DNA of 64,000 nucleotides from Nymphaea colorata (taxonomy: Eukaryota). Under the pieces are notes generated by a model, which was given only the letters and a program-made list of their open reading frames with translations, was not told the DNA's origin and did not search any database. Where the stretch lies: assembly GCF_008831285.2 (NCBI RefSeq), contig NC_045138.2:7006001-7070000 (forward strand). Direction: 5' to 3'. This document shows, piece by piece, positions 39,967 through 51,000 of the stretch; position 1 is the stretch's first letter, and every line of letters starts with the position of its first letter. A program made the translations under genes and the position numbers.

Positions 39967-41099
39967 TGTGTTAGTATGGTTAATAACAAAGTACCCATCG
40001 TTCACATAGAAAGACAAGTTTTTGGTAAGATAAACATAGAAATGAAAAAAATGAAATCACTACAAAAGACATGTTTTTTTTTCAATTACAAAAATATCTC
40101 CCTTCTTTTACTGCATACCTTTACTAGAGATCTAGTCCCATGCAACAAATATGCAATCACGTTGGGCTATTCTAGATTTTTTTTTTTATAAATTATATGT
40201 ACATTCTAGACTTTTGACATTTTTATAATTCATTTTTTATGTCCTTCTAAAAATCTTCTTTGTTACTTTAACGGGGGCAATTTAGTCATGCATAGGGGTG
40301 TGCACCTAACTAGTTTTGGTCCATGACTGTTTTGGGACTTGGGTGACAAGCATAAGCTTTGTCAACTTGAGGATAGTGTATCAACTATTAGCAATCTTGT
40401 AAGAGTAGTGCCCACGAGAATCGAACTGACGACTTGACTTTCACAACCCAACCAGTCACACTATGCTCCTCATGACTTTAATTTGCTTTTTTTTTTCTAT
40501 GGTTCCAAGTTGTCTTGCACATTCAGAGAAGAGAAGACTCCTTACTAATTGCACTCCTTGTTTTAAAATGCAAATGCAACATAGCATGCAACAGTTCAGG
40601 CTCTGAATGGACTTTATGGAGGAGGCAAAGGAATTATTAATATTTGGAGTCCTTCTGTTGAGGACAATAGCGAGTTGAGTACATCTCAGATGTGGGTTAT
40701 GCAAAAATATCGAGGCCAAATAATGTCAGTGGAAGCCGGTTGGATGGTACCTTCGATTTTATCTTTGTCCTGATTAATAGAGAAATTGTCTCTTTAATTA
40801 GTTACAGTTGGTTGGTATCTTGCGATGCTTTTGTTTATATGATTTGATCTTTTACTTTTTCCAATGGTGAAGGTAAATCCTGGCTTATTTGGAGATAGGA
40901 AGGCACGGTTTTTTTACTTCACTAGGGTAATTATATTGTTTACCATTAAATCCCCTATGATTGTAATTAGTGTCTCGACTATTAATGTTGTAAATTAGAA
41001 ATATGTTGTTGGTGAAGTATTGTTTCTCTTGGTCCCTGAGAAGATTGGTGCAACAGCTTGGGGTCTGGGCTAGTAGGCGGCCAGTTTATCTTTTGAGTG

Positions 41100-41512
41100 T
41101 AGGGATGTCAAGATCGGTTGTATCCTTAATCGTATCTCATTTTTCGGATATTCATATGCCCAGATTCGAATTTGAATAAAGAAAAGTCATATCCGAATCC
41201 GAATTCCGGATTTTACAATCCGAATCCGATTTTTATATTTATATCTGAATCCAAATTTTGATCTGGATTTTGTCAATTTTCAAAATTTAATAGCATTACT
41301 TATTGGGTATTTGTCTAAAAATGAATCTAATCCGAATCTGTATCCAAATCATATCAGATATTTATATATATCTGAATCCAACCGGATACCATTTATTAAA
41401 TCTGAATTTGATCCAACTTCGTAATCAGATATTAAAATTTTTTTTCATATCCGATTTTTTTGGATCGGATTGATCGGATATCCCATTCAAATCGGATTTA
41501 TTGACATCCTTA
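41100..41512. mobile_element. hAT-type MITE, GGGATGTCAA family
   Basis: TIR TAGGGATGTCAA / TTGACATCCTTA; TSD TTTGAGTG/TTCGAGTG. Confidence 0.85.
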
Positions 41513-41582
41513 TTCGAGTGTCAGAGTATTAATCTCTTCTAACATAAAAAGGTTGCAGATATGTAAGTTGAACAGTCGCAAA

Positions 41583-41816
41583 TAGGGGTGGGCATCGGGC
41601 CAGGCAGCCTGGCCCGGGACGGCCCGTTTAAAAATAAAAAACATTTTTTAATCATAAAATAATGTTTTTAGATATAAAATATATTTATTAATAATAAATA
41701 TATATTATTGAAACAAAAAATTAAAAAATATATATATTTTTTAAACTTAAACGGGCCGAACCAGGCCGGGCCGACCCATGCCGGCCTACCGGGCCCGGGC
41801 CCGATGCCCACCCTTA
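41583..41816. mobile_element. hAT-type MITE, GGGTGGGCATCG family
   Basis: TIR TAGGGGTGGGCATCGGGCC / GGCCCGATGCCCACCCTTA; perfect TSD GTCGCAAA. Confidence 0.9.
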
Positions 41817-42264
41817 GTCGCAAAGGTGACACCCTGAAGCATCTAAAATAGGCTCGCTTTATATAGGGAAACAAAAGGTTAAGTGATGGGTTCCACCGGC
41901 TCACACGAAAAGTTTAATAATTATAGTATGATATTATGGTGGTTCTCCCAATAAGAGTTATGGTGATTGATCTCCATTAGGGATGGGGAAATAGAAATCA
42001 GATTGGAGAAGGACACAGCAAGAAATAGAAATAGATATTCAAGGGGTATGTATGAAATCTTCCTAGCCTCCAACATATTTCTAGAGAGAGAAGTTTGTTC
42101 CTTTGTTTGTGTCCCTCTGTACGCATGTGTTTTCATGTAAACTTTTTTCTTTTCTTTTTTTTGGTGGGAGAATTACGAGGTGCTATTATTAGATAATATA
42201 TTTTGATAATACATGTTATCAAATATTACAAGTTATGGGAAAACATATATATTTTGATAATATT

Positions 42265-43655
42265 TTATATAGTCATGACTTGCATTTTATATTATAAATT
42301 ATGAACGTAAACTTTTATTTTATTTTATTTACATATAAATCATGCAACCGTTGCCGGCGTTTTGGATGACAGCTCAAAACCAGGTTTTGGTGTGTATGGT
42401 TTTACCTTCAAAACCATGTTTGGGTATGTTTGGATAACATAAAAACCGGGTTTGGTTAAAACTCAGTTTTCACAAAACCTTGTTTTTAAAAAAGACGGTG
42501 AATCCATTTTTCAAATAATTAAAAAGAAGTATCCAAATACAAAAACCCATTTTTCACAAACTTTGCATTAAAAAGGTCAGTTTTTACAAAACTGGGTTTC
42601 GGAAAGTGTCATCCAAATGCACCCTTTATGTTATGTATAATAACTTAGCTATGAGAAAAAGAAAAAAAGTGTATTGATTGATTTATTGATTATGCATGTG
42701 GGAAAAACTAGGAGGTGCTGTTGGTACATCAATTTCAAAGCCTAACATACATATTTTTTTATAATATTTCATATTAGTCGTGACATATATTTTATATTAA
42801 AATTTGTGAAAATAAACCTTTTATTTTATTTTATTTACATGTCAATGATGTCAACTTTTCCGGAATTTTGGATGACACCCAAAACCAGATTTCATGGCAA
42901 TGGTTTTACTTCCAAAGCCATGTTTTGGGTGTATTTGAACAATATAAAAAAGTTGGGTTTGGTTAAAATTTAGTTTTCATAAATTCTGGTCTTTGAAATG
43001 AACGTGAACAATCGGATCCCCACTACCATATTATCCACGAAAAAAAACAAGGAATTTTTCACTTAGGGTGGTGTGGGTACTACATGTGGCTGGACCTAGC
43101 TGAACCTATGCCCAGTTTAGTTTAATCACAATGCAAGTTTTCAGGGACTGGCATGGGCAATGCCAACACCAGTAGCTCTACTATTAGTTTTGAGGCACTG
43201 ACTCAGGTTTGATGTGGGTACTACATGCGGCTGAACCTATGTCCAATTTAATCACAATGCAAGTTTTCAAGGATTGGCATGAGTAGTGCCAACACCAGTT
43301 ACTCAGTAGATCCGCTATTAGTTTTGGGGCACTGACTCAGGTTTAGTGTGGGCACCGCATGTGGTCAGCTTAATAACAATGCAAGATTTGAGGGGCTGAC
43401 ATGGGCAGTGGCCCGCACCAATCACACAATATCAGAGCTACCCGCTACTGGTTTTGGTTGTGTCACTCAAATACAAAAAAACCCATTTTTCATAAACCCT
43501 ACAAAAATTTTTCATAAAACGAAGTTTCGAGAGTGTCATTCAAATGCACCCTTCACGTCATGCTTAAAAACATTGCTATATAGCACTATAACATAACTAT
43601 AAGAAAAAGAAAAGAAAAAGTGTATTTATTGATTTACTGATTATGCATGTGGGTG
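42265..43655. repeat. diverged tandem duplication of ~440 bp of intron including a TTTGGATGACA..TGTCATCCAAA MITE; the second copy is interrupted by an insertion
   Basis: 42265-42702 aligns with 42771-43005 plus 43470-43653; both end TGATTATGCATGTGGG. Confidence 0.75.
43070..43470. repeat. three ~135-bp tandem units, each an imperfect fold-back
   Basis: Units start at about 43070, 43211 and 43345 (TGTGGGYAC...ACAATGCAAG...CATG...CACC...CACTCA/GACTCAG). Confidence 0.8.
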
Positions 43656-44114
43656 ATCAACAGAATCGTCATGGAGATTGGGTGGTTCGGGTTAATGGCC
43701 ATTTGATCGGGTTTTGGCCGGAAACAAACTCCGACGGTGAATTTGGGCTAGCGAATGAGGTTCACTGGGGAGGAAAGGTTTTGGACTCGAGAAGATGGGG
43801 AAGGCACACCAAGACCAGAATGGGCAGCGGGCATTCCTCAGAACAGGGGATAATTAAAAGCATGACCCTATATGACCCCGACTACCAACCTTATGATCCT
43901 CCTCATCAACTTAATGTTTTCATGACCAATCCCGGCTGCTATAACGTCACATACTGGCAGGATGAATCAGATGGCCACTACATAACCGTGGGCGGACCAG
44001 GATTTACCGCGACTAATAGTTGCCTTTGATCGTCTCCGCGACCAGACCTCGAAGCAAGTTAAAACCTTGAAGACATATGAGTATGAACTTGAGTGGTTTT
44101 ATGTCTAAGGTTGC

Positions 44115-44891
44115 TTCTCCTAAATAGACATTTTAAAAGAACAAAACGCCGCTCCCACCAATCTTTCCATTAAATTTTATGCGACTCCCTTTTAGTATTT
44201 CATTGTATCGACTGTTTAAATAGATGGTTCATTGCATGGTGGGATCACCTAATTAGTCTATCAAATACATTGTATTTGTGATTTACTTGTCCATGATAAT
44301 GAATCATAACGCGAAGTACTTGAGTAGGGAACAATCAGAGGTAGAGGCAAGTTATCAAGGAAAAAGAATTGTCATTGATCATCTTAAATTGTGCTACAGC
44401 CACCTACACCCTGAACTAAGTTGGAACCTTGAAAGCATAAGGGTATGGTGGTTTTATACTGAAGAAGGACAGGGGCAGAGCCAAGGCAAGGCCTGCATGG
44501 GCCCTGGCCCTACCTAAAAAATATATATATATATTTACATGTAAATTTAAAGAAAAAAAATCACTTGTTTTATATAAAAATTTTGAAAAATGATATTTTG
44601 GCCCTTGTCAAAATTTAGAAAGTTTAATTCAACCTGCCTCATGTAAAATTTCTAGCTTCGCCCATACCCAAGGGTGTTTTCTCTAAATAAACATTAATAA
44701 ATTTATTTCACCCACCAATCTTTCAAATGAAATGTCATGTAACTCTCTTTTAGTGTTTCATTATATGGATTGCTCAAATAGATTGTTCATGGGCATGGCA
44801 GGATCACTTAATTGATCTATCAAATACATTGTATTTGTCATTTACCTGTCCATGATAATCAATCATAACGCGAAGCACTTGACTAGGGAAC
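44115..44891. repeat. ~200-bp direct repeat pair with an intervening hAT MITE
   Basis: 44115-44333 resembles 44680-44891. CAGGGGCAGAGCC...GCTTCGCCCAT element at about 44470-44666. Confidence 0.7.
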
Positions 44892-45378
44892 ATGCATTTA
44901 AATCTGACATAATTCCATCCAAATTTGATCCCAGTAGTTGAATTATTTCATAAGAAAATTTGCATCTAGGGATAATTGAGTTTGAATTTGTAAGACGATC
45001 TTCAGTTTGTTCCTAATGTAAGGTATCATGATTTATTGTTTACATGTGAGCATGTTCATGTAATTTCTTTTTTGAATTAATTAGAAAATTGAACTTTTCA
45101 TAGCAGGAAAACTGGCGTTATTTGGATGTTGTGAAAATCACCAAATTTGAGTTTACAATGGTAGTATTTGGGAAACCATATGGTTTTTGTTTGGTAGGGA
45201 AACCACATGTTTTAAAATAGATTTTTTTTAAAAAAAAAAAAGTTCAACCTGAAAAGAGATCATGCATTGAATGAAATCCTCTTTCATTTTTTCCAATCAC
45301 TTCCTAGCCTTTTTTTCTTAGATTGTAATGGAAAACAAAGTATCTTTAGGTAATGAAAAATGTGCTTAAAACCTAGAT

Positions 45379-45528
45379 ACCTGATTTTAATAAGGAAATA
45401 ATTTCTGATACTAAAGAAAACTTCCATATATAGCAGTCAAAGATACTTTGTTTTCCACATTTGACTGATATATAAATATATGGAAGTTTTCTTTAGTATC
45501 AGAAGCTATTTCCTTGTTAAAATCAGGT
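45379..45528. repeat. long inverted repeat (hairpin)
   Basis: 53-bp arms 45379-45431 / 45476-45528 with 3 mismatches, plus inner stem CAGTCAAA/TTTGACTG. Confidence 0.9.
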
Positions 45529-47047
45529 TTTTAACATGTTTAGAATGATAGTTCGAATTCATCAAAGCCCACAGCATGATGGACGGAGATCTTTTCAAGA
45601 TATAAAAAGCATCAAACGCTTATTTAACATGAAATGGCGCATGTCTAAACATGCAAAGATGCATGACAAGAATCTAAAGTAACTGGAAATAAAAGGAGCA
45701 AACAAGCGAGAAATTCAGCCTTGTCAAGGGAAAAAAGAAAAAGAAAGGGAAAGCAAACCAGCACCACATGCACGTTATTTCTCCAACGCGTGTAACTTCG
45801 ATACATCGGCAATATAAAGGCAGCCGTTTCCATGGAGAAACATAAACCATGCGCGCTTCATACTTCGCCATTTTGGTAGCAGCAGCTCGAGACGTATTGG
45901 TAGCTGGTAAAACCAGAAACGTTGCTTCAGTATTTTTGTTTGCACTTGCCGACTTGTCTACCTGTGATTTATTTCCATTAACTCCAAAAGTTTTGTTGCC
46001 ATTTGGGTTACAACAACGTTCCTTAGTGTGACCTGGTCAAGTTCAAGTCAAGTTTTTACTTCCAAGTCAAGTCGAGTCCGAAATAGCTCAACTCATTGTG
46101 CAGCCCCAGTGAAAAATTAAAACGTTCAAATCATATTTAATTTGGTCAGTGCGTGGAACTAGTCAAGATTTATGAAACTTTTAAAAATAGAAAGAAAACA
46201 CATGGAAGGTTGGAGTCTAAACTTGATTTTGAAAATTTCATAAGTTCTACTATTTTTATGTAACAAGATAATCTAATCGAGTCATTGCTATGACATGCAT
46301 TAAATCGTACCTAATTAGACAAGTACTACCACATGGTCCTTGTGTTAATTCTAATGATGAATATAGATTAATCGTTATGTGATTAATTGCAAATAGACAA
46401 ATTTTAGTTTGAACAGATAGTTAGGGGATAAAATTTTGAAAATTGGGAATGTAAACCTAAGGTATGGTAATATATATATATATATATATATATATAATAC
46501 ATGCATGTACATTGTTAATGTAGAGTCAAATTCAAATTAAGAACACATGTTAGTCATGAATCCTCATATGGATTTGTCTGATGATACAAGCAGTTCATGA
46601 TAGCTCATTGGCTATAGGATTGTCATGATAGATAATTGGCTATAGGATTGTCATCATCAGTTTTTGTGTTGGACAACATTGGTGATCTAGGCACTGTGTT
46701 GAGTATGAGCTTTGTCGTTATTTTATTCTTCGGGTTTGAGTCTTTCTGTGAGATTTGAAGATGTCACTTGAAAAAAAAAAATGCTTTGTTAGTTCTTAGT
46801 TTGTCATGTACTACTCGAGTTGTGGTTTGGTTTTAATGACTTTTATACGTGTATATTAAAAAAAATTGTATCAAGAACTTGGGTCATGACAATTGATCAC
46901 TAAAAACTAGACATATTAACATTGACAATAGTTCATGGTACTTTTAACAATGATTTATAATTCTCCTAGCGATTTTTTTTTATTTTTCATTTATTTAGTA
47001 ACATTGCACATAGATGAATACACATGCACAAGTGAACAAGTGAATGA

Positions 47048-47260
47048 TTACTTTAACTATCCAAAATCACTGAACTCACTCATGAGGGCCGTCTGATCTA
47101 TTGTGATGAGCAGTTGAGAGAAAATAACAAAAAGTGTGAATTAATACTAAATCATGAAAATACTTATCACATGTTTGTTTCTCTCTCAACAGTTAAGTAC
47201 AATGGATAAGACGGCGCTCATGAGCTGAGTGATTTTAGTTACTGGATAGCAGGAGTCAAA
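47048..47260. mobile_element. fold-back MITE upstream of the RNase H gene
   Basis: Inverted arms CTCATGAGGGCCGTCTGATCTATTGTG...GTTGAGAG / CTCTCAAC...ACAATGGATAAGACGGCGCTCATGAG. Confidence 0.65.
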
Positions 47261-48079
47261 ATTCAATTTTTATGCACACACATAGATATATAGAAATTAG
47301 TAGTTACTAAAAGTGCTAGATTTGTAAAGAATTATTTTAGTTATTGATATTTTGAATGTAGATGGTTGAAAGAAAAACAATGCAAAACAGGAAATAGGGA
47401 TGATACTCTTACTATTAATTAATAACTTTTTTTCTCAACTATTGTAAATCTTGTAATGATCAACAACCAATATTTTTATGGGTGTACCATGTAAGGGTTT
47501 TAATTTATCAATTATATACATATATGTGTTTACTTTTATGTGAGCCATAAGCAATATAGGTTGCTTAAGAAACGGACAGGTTTAGGTTGAGTCCAATCGT
47601 TTTAGTGCGCAAGAAGAAGATCGAAAGCGTAAAATCCATCAAGTTCCGGTGGAAAGAAGTTGGTTCTGGAGTCTTGGACTCCCTGGCGTGATCAGCCCGA
47701 TAGGACCGTTTTCATCTTGGCGTCGGGGGTTCCCCAGGGTGCTGGGCGGTAAGGGTGTTCACTGTGGGCACAGTTGCCTTTCCGATCTCTCTGAAAGACC
47801 GGAACGGATGATGGCTCACCTTCTCTCTGCAATGGTACCCGTTTGCTTTCTTTGCCTCTCTGATGAAGCTCTCCATCTGCTTTACTTACTTGGGAAGATG
47901 GGTATCTTTTTCAATCAGTAGTTTAGCGCCTTTGATCCTTCCACTTTTCGCTCCTCTGGCGGAACCAAATCGTTTTCGTTTTCTTGTCGATCTCTTGCTA
48001 TAAAAGTTGATTTTTTTCCTCCTTATTCTATAGACCTTCTGGAGTGCTTCCTTCCGAAGAGGTTGAAGCGCGCCTGTAC

Positions 48080-51000
48080 ATGACCTGCGCGGTTGGGTTT
48101 CAATGGAGCTGTAGTTTCAAATGGGGGAGCTGTATCCCTTCTGAGACGATCAGAAACAGACGTGGGTTTCGCCCGAGGGCGCTTGAATCAAGCGCTGTAT
48201 TGGTGCTCTTCGATACTCGTTGCAGTTGTGCGAGAATCTTGCGGGAACCGGTTGCTGTTGGCTGGGAGCGTTGGGGACCAATGGAAGAAGAGAAGGACGC
48301 CTTCTATGTGGTTAGGAAGGGAGACACTGTGGGGGTATACAAGTCCTTGAAGGATTGCCAAGGCCAAGTTGGTCCACTCTTCCATGCATCTCTACTGCAT
48401 ATATTTTCGCTTCTTTTGTTTCTGAGGACAATAAGCTTTATCCTTTTACAATTTTTTCTCTACTATTAAGTGGTAGGTAAATGTGTAGCATATTATATCA
48501 GGTTAACTCCTGCCTATTTTCAGAAGTAGGAAAACATTGACGCTGGCCGTGTTGTTTTACCATGGCGCTGTTTTGCTTTTAACATGGGGAAACGCCATCG
48601 CTTGATACTTTACTTGATTCAGCACTTGCAAATATGAACACATTGCTGCAAATGATATTTATCGGGTCAACGTTTAATGCTAACTAACCATGGTTTGCTC
48701 TTTAAGTGCGTCCTGTTCTTTGGATAGATACTGTTTAAAAGCAATCCTTTTTGTCTGTTCTGGCGTTTAGGTTGAGATGGTTCTCGGAGATTAGCTCTGA
48801 CTAGCCAGCTAGCTGGGTTTCACGTCTCTACGTGCATATGTCAAGATATAGATGTATATGAAAGAGAAAACAGTCTGTTCACGACACAAATGATTTGTAA
48901 GACAATTTTGGAAATAATTCTTGACAGTGTTTCAGCAGAGAGGGGGTTTAGTAGGCAATAACACAACCCTCTGACTTGAATATGATGAAGTTGATGGTTG
49001 GATTGTGGTGTTGTTAGTTGGTACTTGTTTTGAATAAATTATTTCAGCCATTGTTGCTTATCACCCTGTGAGGTACAAAGTTACAAACATATTTATATTT
49101 TTTCCAGTTGTGGGACCCAACTTTTAGCGTGTATAAAGGTCATTACTTGTCTAAGCAAGCTGAAGAATATCTGGCTCTTTGCGGGCTGAAGAATGCTGCC
49201 TACTCAATCTGTTCAATGGACCTGAAGGAGGATGTTTTTGGACCTCTTGTTCCATGTTCTCATCAGGTAGTACTTTGACGAGGATCATCCCATGTTATTA
49301 TGTTTTTGTGATGATTATTCTGCATTACAGTCAACTTGAACTTCTAAATTCCTTTGTAAGTTTGTACCACATGCCTAATGTGCATCCATCATTTTGAAAT
49401 AATCTTGCTATTTCTCTTTATTTTACATGGTGCATAATGTATTAGCCAATAGTTCCTGCTAGGAACTTCAGAAGTTAAAACATTAGTCAATTAAGTGAGA
49501 CTGATGCCTAGGGTATCTAAAGTTGAACTAGGTTACTAGTGTTATTTAAGCCTAGGGAACCTAGACTAGTCTGATTTTGTGGGTAGGCCTATCATTTCCC
49601 ATGCAACATCAACAGGTCTAACTGTCTAAGCTGGAACTCCAGTTGCCAAAATTTTTTTGCTATGAAAATCTACAAGCACAATAAATTCTGAATCATTCTA
49701 AGTTGAATTGGTATTTAAGCTTCCAGTGCAGTTTCTTTTTTTGTGCTATGTTCAATTAGCTTATTTTTTTATAAGTGTTTCTTCCCAAGGTCATGCATGC
49801 AGAGCACTATAGTGGTTGTGATGGGAACTGATGGAACAATAAATTTGTTTTGAGAAGTTGCTTATTTGTTTCTTAAATTTCTTTTGCTTCTGTCATTTTT
49901 GAAACACAAAGGATGACTTTTATCTTACTCAGGAACCAGATGGCGTTTTCTCTTCTTTTGCCAAGAGGTCCAGTAAAACAGTTGAGCAGAAGAGGCCAGT
50001 TGAAATTCGTGATGCAGATTCCATTAATGTGAGTCGGAACCCTGTCTTATCATGTTTAGTAGTGCTAAAGTTAGATTTGTTAGATGATTTTGCATGACAA
50101 AAAGGGCTACCATTACAAAGAAAAGTAATGACACACTGATCAAAATTTGATCATGAAATTTTCTGTATTTGTTTGCATTATCATCACATTTGTAGTGCTG
50201 CATGGTTATGATAAATGTTCTAGTTATATTGGAGGAATATTTTATCATTTGCTAGTTCACTTATTGAAATTGAATTTCCTTGGTACAAATTTAATAGATT
50301 CTAAATAGTTCAATTGGGTACTACTCATTTAATTTCTTGCCCCATGTTTCATACTGAACATGAATGATCATTCTTTTAGACAGAAAAGATTTTCAAAGTT
50401 CATAGATGTTCACTTCATTAGGGTGTGACAGTATACAGCTTTTACAGGTGTTGTAATATATTAATCTTCAAATTGCCTGATTATGTCCTAAATGTTTGAA
50501 TTGTTGACTGTAATTTCTCTGCTATGCTTTTATCATCTCCATATTGTGAGGGTTCTCATTTACGCATATTAGCATATCTTGTTTTTGCATGGACATGCAG
50601 AACATGTCACTACAACTGCTAATACACGAACTAAGTCGCTTAATTTTCTGTTCATTAAGTTAAATAAATGTAAAATCACTCTATTATCATTCAAAACATA
50701 TCGACGAATATTAGTGATCTCTGGAACTATCACAGCTTTATTTGGTACATTATCAGGAAGATATTGTGATGTCTCATAAATATAATAAAAACATAGACAT
50801 CATGGTAATATTGCTATAATATCATGTTGTTTTCCCTTAAAATCTTTTGCTTAAGAAACTCATAATTTCATAAAATTTTCTATAAATTTCCAAAATTTTC
50901 TCAGAAAATAAAATTTGGAGAATCCCGGGAACTTTTTCCTGAGAATGATATTTGTGATTGTTATATGAAGTTATGATCTGACATGATCTGCATTTGTTTC

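Larger units (their letters stand above)
37330..44029 (+). pseudogene. neprosin-like (DUF4409 propeptide + DUF239) glutamic peptidase, apparently disabled; exons ~37330-?, 38520-38591, ~39328-39565, 40585-40746, 40873-40926, 43664-44029
   Basis: Motifs DGDVFDCVDFYSQP, GCPAGSV, YGGGKGIINIWSP, SQMWV, SVEAGWMVNP, IGFWP, WGGKV, TRMGSGH, NPGCYNV, GGPG. Frameshift near 39515-39530, the expected GCYN..C.GFVQ exon was not found, and WGGEV is changed to WGGKV. Confidence 0.8.
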
